Source: Smithella sp. (GTDB lineage Bacteria > Desulfobacterota > Syntrophia > Syntrophales > Smithellaceae). From it: a stretch of DNA of 64,000 nucleotides. Of this stretch, positions 20,828-29,129 are shown piece by piece; the first letter of the stretch is position 1, and each line of letters begins with the position of its first letter. The notes beneath the pieces were generated by a model. That model did not search any database, had not been told where the DNA came from, and saw only the letters and a list, made by a program, of their open reading frames with translations. Made by a program: the position numbers and the translations under genes. The DNA lies in the NCBI GenBank assembly GCA_018056685.1, contig JAGPFC010000002.1, positions 70,178 through 134,177 of the forward strand, read 5' to 3'.

Positions 20828-22804
20828 TCAATTATTTAATTCAAAAACAACATTGCATAAACGTTCATTGCCCAGTGGCGTGTTCGCCGGCGGGTACTGG
20901 CGGACAGCCCAGCCGTTGCCTGATATTTTCAGTTCAATGGATTCGGCTTTTGCTTTTTTCATCGCTTCCCTGATGGTCAATCCGGTAAAATCAGGCATGG
21001 AGAGTTCATCACGGGCAACCATACTTTGCGGCCCGAGCGTTTCCTGCGCTGAAACCAGTTCCACTTTCTCCATCTTGTCTTTTTCAAAAACAGGTGTTTC
21101 CCGGATATCCGTCTTGAAGCAATTGAGTATCTGCTCTCCAATCTTTTTAAAGACCGGTGCCGATGCGACACCTCCCCATTTGTCTCTTTGAGGTTCATCA
21201 AGAATGACCAGTATCGCCACCTGCGGATTATCCGCAGGGAAAAACCCGATAAAAGCCGTGCGAACTTTTTCTGAGGAATACACCCCGCGGGCCGGATCAA
21301 ATTTTTGAGATGTCCCCGTCTTACCGGCTACCGCAACGTTGTCCATTTTCGCGTTTTTACCCGTTCCGTCTTCAGCGCCAACCACATCGGTCAGCATAGC
21401 GGTAAGGCGTTTCGCTGTTCCGGGAGATATAACCTTACGCACCACAGTCGGTGTATAAAGTTTGATGAGATTATTATTCTGGTCAGCAATACCCCGGACA
21501 ATATAGGGTTTCATCAGAACGCCTTCATTGGCGATAGCTGAAAAAGCTGTAATTAACTGAATCGCGGTGACCGAAACACCCTGCCCGAAGGCAATCATGG
21601 CGGTATCGACAGGCACCCAGTTCTTGACCGGTCTGACCAGTCCGGGTGACTCGCCGGGTAGTTCAATGCCGGTCTTTGATCCGAAGCCGAAATTTTGAAT
21701 GTACCGGTGAAATTTTTCTTTCCCCATCTTTTGAGCGATCTTTGCTGAACCAATATTGCTCGAATATTTCAATATTTCTCTCACGGTTAACGTTCCATGA
21801 CGTTTCCTTTGCGCTTCATGAATCACGCGGTTTGCCACCTTATAACTTCCATTCTCACAGAAAAATCTGTCTGATTCTCTGATAATTTTTTCTTCCATGG
21901 CCGCGGCAACCAGGAAAGGCTTAAAAGTTGATCCCGGATCATAATAATCAGCAATAGCATGATTACGCCACCTTTCCGGTTTGAGACCCGCCACGTTATT
22001 GGGATTAAATCCCATCTGGTTGGCCAGCGCCAGAATTTCTCCCGTCTTGGGATCCATCACGATGGCCAGTCCACCCTTTGCGCCCTTGTCCAGTACGGCC
22101 TCTTTCAGGTTGGTTTCCACCAGGTACTGAATTCTGTTGTCAATGGTTAAGACCAGATTTTCAGTATCATCCTCAAGAGTCTCATTTTTTTCGACCCGCA
22201 ATAATAGTTTTTTACCCTTCGCATCTCTCGCCCAGGCCAGTTTGTCCGGTTTGCCTTTCAAAGATTCATCAAACTTTTTCTCCAGTCCCTCCAGACCATG
22301 GGCATCCAAACCGACAAATCCCAGCAAATGTGCGGCTAATTCCCCGTTGGGATAAAACCGTTTCGGTTCTTTCACCAGAAAGATTCCCTCGATATCCGCA
22401 TTTTGCACTAATGCGGACTGTTCCGGAGAAATTCTTCTGGCCAGCCAGCAAAAACTTCTGGGGGCCGATAATTTCTTAAGAACATCTTCTCTGGCCAAAC
22501 CCAGGATATCGGCTATCTGCCTTGCCGTTTTAGCCGGATCGATGATTTTGGAAGGATCCGCGCAGACGGAATCAGCCATGATGGATATGGCCAGCTTCTC
22601 GCCGTTGCGATCATAAATAATTCCTCTTTCCGCCTGTAACTGAAGCACCGTGGTGTGCTGCCGGTTCGCTAATTTTTTCAGCTTCTGACCGGATAAAACC
22701 TGTAACTGGAAAGCCCGGGAGATCAGCGCGACAAACAAAATGAAAAAAAACACGAAAATCATGATGATTCTGAATTTCAGTCTTTCTTTCGACGCCGTGC
22801 CCAT
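20828..22804 (-). CDS. ftsI: division transpeptidase FtsI / PBP3 with a C-terminal PASTA-like domain
   Basis: 658 aa. N-terminal TM segment, PBP dimerisation domain, transpeptidase motifs (STFK, SSN, KTGT). The last ~56 aa, MPDFTGLTIREAMKKAKAESIELKISGNGWAVRQYP..., look like a PASTA domain. Confidence 0.92.
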   Translation of the reverse strand: MGTASKERLKFRIIMIFVFFFILFVALISRAFQLQVLSGQKLKKLANRQHTTVLQLQAERGIIYDRNGEKLAISIMADSVCADPSKIIDPAKTARQIADILGLAREDVLKKLSAPRSFCWLARRISPEQSALVQNADIEGIFLVKEPKRFYPNGELAAHLLGFVGLDAHGLEGLEKKFDESLKGKPDKLAWARDAKGKKLLLRVEKNETLEDDTENLVLTIDNRIQYLVETNLKEAVLDKGAKGGLAIVMDPKTGEILALANQMGFNPNNVAGLKPERWRNHAIADYYDPGSTFKPFLVAAAMEEKIIRESDRFFCENGSYKVANRVIHEAQRKRHGTLTVREILKYSSNIGSAKIAQKMGKEKFHRYIQNFGFGSKTGIELPGESPGLVRPVKNWVPVDTAMIAFGQGVSVTAIQLITAFSAIANEGVLMKPYIVRGIADQNNNLIKLYTPTVVRKVISPGTAKRLTAMLTDVVGAEDGTGKNAKMDNVAVAGKTGTSQKFDPARGVYSSEKVRTAFIGFFPADNPQVAILVILDEPQRDKWGGVASAPVFKKIGEQILNCFKTDIRETPVFEKDKMEKVELVSAQETLGPQSMVARDELSMPDFTGLTIREAMKKAKAESIELKISGNGWAVRQYPPANTPLGNERLCNVVFELNN

Positions 22805-22805
22805 G

Positions 22806-23153
22806 TTATTCCCCCGGTTGTTTCAAGACAATAACCTGAGAGTTATCAGGATAGGTCATCTGCAATTTACTGCTTACAATACTTTCAATCCTCTGCGGCG
22901 ATTTCAGCATCGCGTATTCCAGCTTTAATTTTTTTTGTTCTTCCAGCATTTGCTGCTGCGCGCTCAGTTCCGCCGCGATATTATACTCCAGCTCCGTCAT
23001 GCGAATGTGAGAACCCACATAGATCAAAGCCACCATCATCAGGACGATGGCGAAAACGATAAACGTCGGATACTTGATTCCCAGAGAAGCTTCCCCGGCT
23101 TCCTTGAGATGCGGCATCACTCTTGTTTCCACAGACTGAGCGGACTGCGTCAT
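22806..23153 (-). CDS. ftsL: FtsL-like cell division protein
   Basis: 115 aa bitopic protein with one TM segment followed by a coiled-coil-like stretch. Lies between rsmH and ftsI. Confidence 0.65.
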   Translation of the reverse strand: MTQSAQSVETRVMPHLKEAGEASLGIKYPTFIVFAIVLMMVALIYVGSHIRMTELEYNIAAELSAQQQMLEEQKKLKLEYAMLKSPQRIESIVSSKLQMTYPDNSQVIVLKQPGE

Positions 23154-24089
23154 TTAAATTCTCCCGGCTACCCGTAATTTAGCGCTGCGCGCCCGCGGAT
23201 TGGCGTTGATTTCTTCCGGCGAGGGCATCAAGGCTTTTTTCGTCAGATTTCTGAGTTTCGCTTCTCTCTGACAAACACAAACAGGAATATCCGGAGGACA
23301 CACGCAGCCCCCTTCCAGGAAGCGGATTTCATTTTTCACGATGCGGTCTTCAAGCGAATGAAAAGAGATCACGCAAAGACGTCCTGCCGGCTTCAAAACA
23401 TCGGCAGCAGCATGAATGGCGGGTTTGATATGATCAAGTTCATGGTTGACGGCAATTCTGATTGCCTGAAAAGTTCTGGTCGCCGGATGAATTTTCTGCC
23501 ATTTGAACTTTCCGGGCATACAGGACGCTACGATGGACGCGAGTTCGGTTGTTGTTTGAATCGGCGTCTCTTGTCTTCTTCTTGATATTGCCCTGGCTAT
23601 TCTTGCCGCCATTTTTTCTTCTCCGTAAAGCCTGATAATTTTTTCCAGTTCACTTTGCGTAAATGTGTTGACAATATCATAAGCGCTGGGTTTCAAACTG
23701 CGATCCATGCGCATATCAAGCGGCGCCTGCTGACTGAAACTGAAACCTCTTTCCGAAGCATTCAGTTGACGGGAAGAAACACCCAGATCCAGCAAAACAC
23801 CGTCAACTTTTTTTATATTTAAATTTTTTAGTATATTGTCTAAATTAGCAAAGTTATCTTTTACTAAAATTTTACGCGAACCGAATTCCGCCAGTCTTTG
23901 TTCCGCAAACTGCAGGGCATCTTCATCACAATCAATGCCCACCAGAAAAGCGTCGGTTTCTTTCAGTATGGAGTAAGCATGACCGGCGCCACCGACTGTG
24001 CCGTCCACATAAACTCCCGTTTTACTGACTAAAAGCGCATCAATAACTTCTTTCAGCATTACCGGCTCGTGATAGAACTCGGTAATCAT
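23154..24089 (-). CDS. rsmH: 16S rRNA (cytosine1402-N4)-methyltransferase
   Basis: 311 aa. YHEPVMLKEVIDAL...DGTVGGAGH signature. Confidence 0.95.
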   Translation of the reverse strand: MITEFYHEPVMLKEVIDALLVSKTGVYVDGTVGGAGHAYSILKETDAFLVGIDCDEDALQFAEQRLAEFGSRKILVKDNFANLDNILKNLNIKKVDGVLLDLGVSSRQLNASERGFSFSQQAPLDMRMDRSLKPSAYDIVNTFTQSELEKIIRLYGEEKMAARIARAISRRRQETPIQTTTELASIVASCMPGKFKWQKIHPATRTFQAIRIAVNHELDHIKPAIHAAADVLKPAGRLCVISFHSLEDRIVKNEIRFLEGGCVCPPDIPVCVCQREAKLRNLTKKALMPSPEEINANPRARSAKLRVAGRI

Positions 24090-24093
24090 AGCT

Positions 24094-24540
24094 TTAAATT
24101 CCCAGATCAGCTATGAAGTCAGTGTATTTGTCGATTTCCCCGGCAATCTGTTTCTGTCCCGCTTCAAAACGATCTTTCGACCAGATTTCAATATTCTTCA
24201 ACATGCCGATCAGAACAATATCTTTTTCCAGTTTGGCATATTCACGTAACGTCGGGGGAATAAGCACACGCCCCTGTCCGTCAATGCTGCAGTCAACCGC
24301 TCCGGACATAAAGAAACGCTGGAAAGCCCTTACTTCCTTGCGCAATTTGGACTGATGGGCCAGCTTCTCCTCAATAATCAGCCATTCATCGTAAGGGAAC
24401 ACCATGAGGTATTGTTCCCAAGTTGTAATGACCAACTTGTTCTCGTATTCTTCCGAGAATATTTCACGAAATTTGGAAGGAAAGATTATCCTTCCTTTTT
24501 CATCGATAGTGTGATGATATTGACCCCTGAAAACAGCCAT
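24094..24540 (-). CDS. mraZ: transcriptional regulator MraZ
   Basis: 148 aa with two SpoVT/AbrB-like halves (DEKGRIIFPSKFR and DGQGRVLIPPTLR). I prefer the ATG at 24540 (GGAGG 6 nt upstream) over the track GTG at 24543. Confidence 0.92.
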   Translation of the reverse strand: MAVFRGQYHHTIDEKGRIIFPSKFREIFSEEYENKLVITTWEQYLMVFPYDEWLIIEEKLAHQSKLRKEVRAFQRFFMSGAVDCSIDGQGRVLIPPTLREYAKLEKDIVLIGMLKNIEIWSKDRFEAGQKQIAGEIDKYTDFIADLGI

Positions 24541-24547
24541 CACCTTC

Positions 24548-24573
24548 CTCCACGATAAGCCACTTTACTCCAC
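24548..24573 (-). promoter_or_regulatory. three phased GTGG boxes, putative MraZ operator
   Basis: The minus strand reads GTGGAGtaaaGTGGCTtatcGTGGAG. Plus-strand CCAC sits at 24550-53, 24560-63 and 24570-73, an exact 10-bp phasing, between the -10 element and the mraZ start. Confidence 0.6.
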
Positions 24574-24579
24574 GAGGCA

Positions 24580-24608
24580 ACTATAGATATGCGGGTTGGC
24601 TTTGTCAA
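24580..24608 (-). promoter_or_regulatory. sigma70-type promoter of the dcw operon
   Basis: On the minus strand: TTGACA (24608-24603), 17 nt spacer, TATAGT (24585-24580), about 40 nt upstream of mraZ. Confidence 0.6.
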
Positions 24609-24741
24609 GGAAAAATTTAATCTTTTTTGAAAAGAAAACGGCTTAAAATTACAGGGGAAAAAGGGAAAATAGAAAAGCCAATAATCCGGGGGAGAAAAAT
24701 TAAAAAAACGAGGGGGACTTTAACACGAGGGCTTGCGCTTT

Positions 24742-25971
24742 TTAATCTTTTTGTTCTGATCCTTCATCTTCAACTTTTTGTAATGAATTCTCTTCAATCT
24801 GATGGGGCTGATTGTAATCAAGTTCTTGTGTTTGCTCATCTTTCTTGTTTATATACCGCTGAACGGCCAGGTTATGCTCAGCAAGAGAACTGGAAAAATA
24901 ATGCGTTCCGTTTTGCTTGGAAACAAAATAAAGATAATCAACAGAAGCGGGATTCAATGTCGCCTTGATTGAATCCAAACCGGGATTGGCAATAGGTCCT
25001 GGCGGTAAGCCTTGGATTAAATAAGTATTATAGGGGGAACTTCTCCTGAGGTGACTGCGCAAAACCTTACCCTCAAACTTGTGCATATCATAAACAGCCG
25101 TTGGATCGCTCTGCAAACGCATCCCCTTCTTCAGTCTGTTTTTAAAAACGGCGGCAATGAGAGGCTTTTCAGAATTATCAGCAGATTCTTTGCCGATCAT
25201 GGAAGCAAACGTGACCAGTTGATGAACATTCATCCCGATATCATTCGCCTTTTTAATCATTACCGGCGTTACATTCTGCCAGAATGTATCCACCATTTTT
25301 TGCATGATCGAACGCGTATTCATCGAACGATTAAAAAAATATGTTTCCGGAAAAAGATAGCCTTCTATTGAATCCGCCTGAATATGCAGGGAAGTCAGAA
25401 ATTCCTTATCTCTGGCCAGTTGAAAAAAAATGTCTTTATTGATTAATTTATCCTTATCCAGAATTTCGGCGATATCCCGTAAGGACAAATCTTCAGGAAT
25501 AGATACCCTGTATTGCTTGATTTCTCCACGAACAAGTTTATCTATCAAGGTCCATGGCGTGATCATCGTGTTGAATTCATATTCACCGGCGCGGATATGG
25601 CGCCCGGCTTTTTTGAAGGTTGCGAGGCTTAAAAAGAAAAGCCGATTCTTAATCAGTCCCGCTCTATTCAAAATTTCCACACTCTCCAGAAAACTGGAAC
25701 CGGTGGGTATATTCACAACGACGGTCAGATTATTCCTGTCAATCGGGCTTACTGAGTAATTCAAAAAAAGAAGACAGAAACCCACCAGCACAGCGGATAG
25801 CACAAGAATGCCGCGGCGAATAATTTTATTAAAAGATAAATATTTCTTCAAAAAACGGGAAAAAACTGGAAATGTCAGGGTCCACCAATGCTTTTGCCGG
25901 TACTTACTTCCTGCTGATGTTTGTCCCTGACGTATTTTCTCTCGATCAGTATTTTTATCTTTTGATTGCAT
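24742..25971 (-). CDS. mltG: endolytic murein transglycosylase MltG (YceG-like)
   Basis: 409 aa. One N-terminal TM segment and a YceG domain (LQSDPTAVY, NTYLIQGLPPGPIANPG). Acidic C-terminal tail. Confidence 0.85.
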   Translation of the reverse strand: MQSKDKNTDREKIRQGQTSAGSKYRQKHWWTLTFPVFSRFLKKYLSFNKIIRRGILVLSAVLVGFCLLFLNYSVSPIDRNNLTVVVNIPTGSSFLESVEILNRAGLIKNRLFFLSLATFKKAGRHIRAGEYEFNTMITPWTLIDKLVRGEIKQYRVSIPEDLSLRDIAEILDKDKLINKDIFFQLARDKEFLTSLHIQADSIEGYLFPETYFFNRSMNTRSIMQKMVDTFWQNVTPVMIKKANDIGMNVHQLVTFASMIGKESADNSEKPLIAAVFKNRLKKGMRLQSDPTAVYDMHKFEGKVLRSHLRRSSPYNTYLIQGLPPGPIANPGLDSIKATLNPASVDYLYFVSKQNGTHYFSSSLAEHNLAVQRYINKKDEQTQELDYNQPHQIEENSLQKVEDEGSEQKD

Positions 25972-25992
25972 TTTTGGGGTGAATTCTCTTAT

Positions 25993-26409
25993 TCACTTTT
26001 GGACAATCGAATCCAGGTAACTCTGGAGAATCAGGCTGGCGGCCAGTTTATCCACCATTTTTTTTCTTTTTTCCCAGCGAATGCCGGAGTTGATCAGAAT
26101 TTCTTCAGCTTCTTTCGTCGAAAGAGTTTCCGGCCATTTCATCACGGGAAGAGCAAAGGTTTTCTCCATCAATAACGCAAAGCGATTGACCTTTTCACAC
26201 TGGATACCTTCCGATCCATCCAGCCTGACCGGATAACCGACCACAATCTTTTCAACGTTGTAATCATGGATCATCCTGCGTAAAATCTCCCAGTCATGTT
26301 TTTTATTTTTCCGGATGATGGTGGACAGTCCTTGAGCGGTCATGCCCAATTCATCGCTGACAGCCACACCAATTCTCTTTTCGCCATAATCAAGACCAAG
26401 GATACGCAA
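25993..26409 (-). CDS. ruvX: Holliday-junction-resolvase-like nuclease RuvX/YqgF
   Basis: 138 aa. Begins MRILGLDYGEKRIGVAVSD. TTG start. Confidence 0.85.
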   Translation of the reverse strand: MRILGLDYGEKRIGVAVSDELGMTAQGLSTIIRKNKKHDWEILRRMIHDYNVEKIVVGYPVRLDGSEGIQCEKVNRFALLMEKTFALPVMKWPETLSTKEAEEILINSGIRWEKRKKMVDKLAASLILQSYLDSIVQK

Positions 26410-26700
26410 GCCATGCCTCTTTTGCAGCGTTTTGTAACAATTTCACCTTCTATTTTCAAGAATTAATTTAACAGGGCTAACTTGCCCTAGGATTCCTTAT
26501 TGCTGTCCAGACATTCGGCGGCTCTCTCGGGTTCAATCCTCACCGCCACATTCTCGTCACAGATGAATACTTCTATGGCCAAAGAGGAATGTTCCGCGTC
26601 GCTCTGCCGCTGGAACTCAAAAAGCTGGAGGCCATTTTCCGGCACAAGGTATTCAAGATGCTCCTGAAGAAGAGAAAGATCAGACGGCACTGGGGCTGTA

Positions 26701-26779
26701 CTTCAAAATATCATCGCACCTTCATTTAATAAGGTATGAATTGTCGTCAACAATCGCCTTTCCCCTTCGAACAACATAG
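26701..26779. repeat. 79-bp repeat copy A (last ~18 codons plus 3' flank of a Y1-transposase/HTH gene, minus-strand sense)
   Basis: A gapless hand alignment to 28609-28687 gives 66/79 identical positions. Minus-strand translation is ...YVVRRGKAIVDDNSYLIK*, compared with ...YAVQREKAIVEANSYLIE* in copy B. Confidence 0.7.
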
Positions 26780-26921
26780 AGAAGATAAAACCATCGTCTA
26801 TCTGGATAATGATTTACGTTTGGATATAAACGACAATATGATAAAGGAAGCTGATAGCATAATATTACGGCAGGGCGCTACCGTTTATTTTTAAAGCCAT
26901 AATTCTCACAACAAAGCGTAT

Positions 26922-28547
26922 ATGAGTATTTCAAAAAAATTAATCTGGATATTCCCGATACTCCTGCTTGCAACGCTCTGGCAACTGGGTTCATGGGGCG
27001 TTACCGATACAAGCGAGGCGCGATACGCCGAAATCGCGAGAGAGATGATAAATTCTCACAATTGGCTCATGCCGAGTTTACTGGGTATTTACCATTTCGA
27101 CAAGCCACCTTTTGTTTACTGGATTACCGCACTCGGAATGAACCTGTTCGGTGTCAATGCATTTGGAGCGCGTTTCTTCCTGACAATAGCCTATCTGCTC
27201 CAGATATTTCTGGTCTATAAAATCGTATTAGAATTATTCCAGAGCAGGCGGAAAGCGTTTTTTTCGGCGTTGATTTATACAGGAGTGCCCATTGTGCTTA
27301 TTTCCATTAGAACATTAACGATCGATGCCTACCTGAACACTCTTGAACTGACCGCCGTCTTGTTTCTGATCATGTATTTCAGGCAAAGAAAACCGGGAAT
27401 GCTCTATCTGTACTTTATTGCCCTGGGATTATGCATCTTTGCCAAAGGACCTGTCGGCATTATTATTCCCGTTCTGATGATTTATCCCATACGAAAAATA
27501 TTGAATGTGCAGGGCTGCAAAAACGGTTTGCACATCGGATTGGGAATTGCACTGACCCTATTCATCGGAGGTTGGTGGTTTGTATTCCTCATGATACAAT
27601 CAAATGACTTCTATCATTTTCTGATTAGGGAACAGTTGATCAAACGCATGACGGATGCCGGGGCATTCAAACGCGCCAGGCCTTTCTGGTATTATTTCGC
27701 CTTCCTGTCCGCTGCCCTGATGCCGACCATCTTTTTGCTTCCGCAAGCCATTCGCGATAGTATCAGGCAAAAAGCAACGGGGATGAACTGGCTGGCATGT
27801 TGGGGGCTGTTAATCCCGTTGCTATTTTTCTCTGCTATCAGTTCTAAGCTTCTTTTGTATGTTCTGCCATTGGCTCCGTATGCTGCAATAACATGTGGAT
27901 GGTTTATCGATGAAGCCCCTGAACAGACGATCAAAAAATATTACCGCTTAACGGTCGGTTTTTACGCTATCTTACTTTTGGGATTCCTACTCTTGTTCAT
28001 AGGCCTGATTCCCGTTTTTGCATACAAACCTTCCGTTTCGGCATGGATGATTTTGATTTTAGCACTCCTTTTTATTTTATTCTTCAAAACAAAAAGCCCA
28101 AAATCTGATTTGGTTGCGTTGTCACTATTGTTTCCCCTGTTTATCATTCCCATTTCCGCTGACTTTATGAGCAAATCGGAACTGTTCATAAACAGCACGG
28201 CACCAATTGCCCGCTTTTTAAAAGAAAATAGGCTGGATGAGAACCGAAAAATCATTATATGGAATTTTCTTTTATCGTCTCTCTCCTTTGAATTGAAGAA
28301 AGAGATTTACAGCGTCAAATGGCGACACTATTCCCTGCACAGACATACCGAATTCCAGGAAAATACCAACTGGAAAAAAAATCTAATTGATGTGGAAAAT
28401 GCCGAAGAGGCACTTTATCTCAAATCTCTGATAAATTCTCCTTCTGTGTTGATCTCGAAAAAAGACGATATCCCCATACAATACCAGTATTTTTTGACAT
28501 CATACCAACACACTAAAAGCGTTGGCAAATGGATGATTTATTATTAA
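26922..28547 (+). CDS. ArnT/PMT-type (GT39/GT83-like) polytopic glycosyltransferase
   Basis: 541 aa with more than 10 TM segments. The N-terminal signature DTSEARYAEIAREMINSHNWLMPSLLGIYHFDKPPFVYW is typical of ArnT-like undecaprenyl-phosphate-sugar transferases. Confidence 0.8.
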   Translation: MSISKKLIWIFPILLLATLWQLGSWGVTDTSEARYAEIAREMINSHNWLMPSLLGIYHFDKPPFVYWITALGMNLFGVNAFGARFFLTIAYLLQIFLVYKIVLELFQSRRKAFFSALIYTGVPIVLISIRTLTIDAYLNTLELTAVLFLIMYFRQRKPGMLYLYFIALGLCIFAKGPVGIIIPVLMIYPIRKILNVQGCKNGLHIGLGIALTLFIGGWWFVFLMIQSNDFYHFLIREQLIKRMTDAGAFKRARPFWYYFAFLSAALMPTIFLLPQAIRDSIRQKATGMNWLACWGLLIPLLFFSAISSKLLLYVLPLAPYAAITCGWFIDEAPEQTIKKYYRLTVGFYAILLLGFLLLFIGLIPVFAYKPSVSAWMILILALLFILFFKTKSPKSDLVALSLLFPLFIIPISADFMSKSELFINSTAPIARFLKENRLDENRKIIIWNFLLSSLSFELKKEIYSVKWRHYSLHRHTEFQENTNWKKNLIDVENAEEALYLKSLINSPSVLISKKDDIPIQYQYFLTSYQHTKSVGKWMIYY

Positions 28548-28608
28548 TAAAAAACAGTTTGTTTAATATTGGTTTAATATTGAAATTTGTAGGGGGCCAG
28601 GGGATGTG

Positions 28609-28687
28609 CTTCAAAATATTAATCCACCTTTATTCAATCAGGTATGAATTGGCCTCAACAATCGCCTTTTCCCTTTGGACAGCATAG
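28609..28687. repeat. 79-bp repeat copy B (3' end of the transposase remnant)
   Basis: See copy A. Same orientation, 1908 bp away. Confidence 0.7.
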
Positions 28688-28950
28688 GTAATCGCCGATT
28701 GTGTCTGTTTCAGCAGATGCGCCAAACGGCTTTGAGACGTTCCGAGCTTTTCCGTTGCCGAATATCCGATCATCGCCTTTATTGAGTCGCCTGTCTCTCT
28801 TAACGCTTTGATGTCGGTCCAGCCTCCGTGACTTTGCAATAAACCGCCACCGGTCAAATCAGGACGACGACCCCGCTCTATACCGCTTCGGACAAACCGG
28901 CTGTATTCACTCCTAGCGGTCGATAATTCATATACAAAAAGTCTGAGCAT
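28630..28950 (-). pseudogene. C-terminal remnant of an IS200/RayT-like (Y1) transposase with a C-terminal HTH; the catalytic N-terminal domain is missing
   Basis: 106-aa ORF. ARSEYSRFVRSGIERGRRPDLTGGGLLQSHGGWTDIKALRE matches the conserved mid-region of COG1943-type transposases. An internal stretch appears to be deleted, followed by an HTH-like tail (SQSRL...AITYAVQREKAIVEANSYL). No HUH/Y1 domain lies upstream. Confidence 0.65.
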
Positions 28951-29129
28951 ATTGCGTCTCCTGCCATTCCAGTTTCTTTTGCCCCATTATGGCACCGTGT
29001 CCACAATAGGGATAACCGGCCGGGCTTCCATATTTTGAAACTTATTTTCCTTTTTGATTCAGAACAAATATAATCTTGTGAAAAAATGAAGAGTTTGTTA
29101 TTTTTCAGCGTCAAGATCAGGATAATGAT

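Noticed and set aside
24627-24968. 113-aa plus-strand ORF starting in the purine-rich tract upstream of mraZ.
   Set aside because: Its Lys/Arg/Gly-rich beginning comes from a poly-purine intergenic tract, and the rest is antisense to mltG.
26487-26690. 67-aa ORF in the 0.5-kb gap between ruvX and the glycosyltransferase.
   Set aside because: It has only a GTG start immediately after an in-frame TGA, no Shine-Dalgarno and no recognisable motif. It is probably non-coding or a gene fragment in the decayed region.
28548-29129. Search for tRNA-Sec (selC), SECIS hairpins or an in-frame-TGA selenoprotein gene near selB.
   Set aside because: No tRNA-like T-arm (GGTTCGA-type) or acceptor pattern appears in the intergenic regions. 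No pair of adjacent same-frame ORFs separated by a single TGA was noticed in the window.
26410-29129. Divergent strand switch (leftward genes on the left, rightward genes on the right) as a possible replication origin; one 8/9 DnaA-box-like TCTGGATAA at 26801-26809.
   Set aside because: A single near-match is expected by chance. There is no box cluster, no AT-rich unwinding element next to it and no dnaA/dnaN nearby, and several further strand switches occur in the window.
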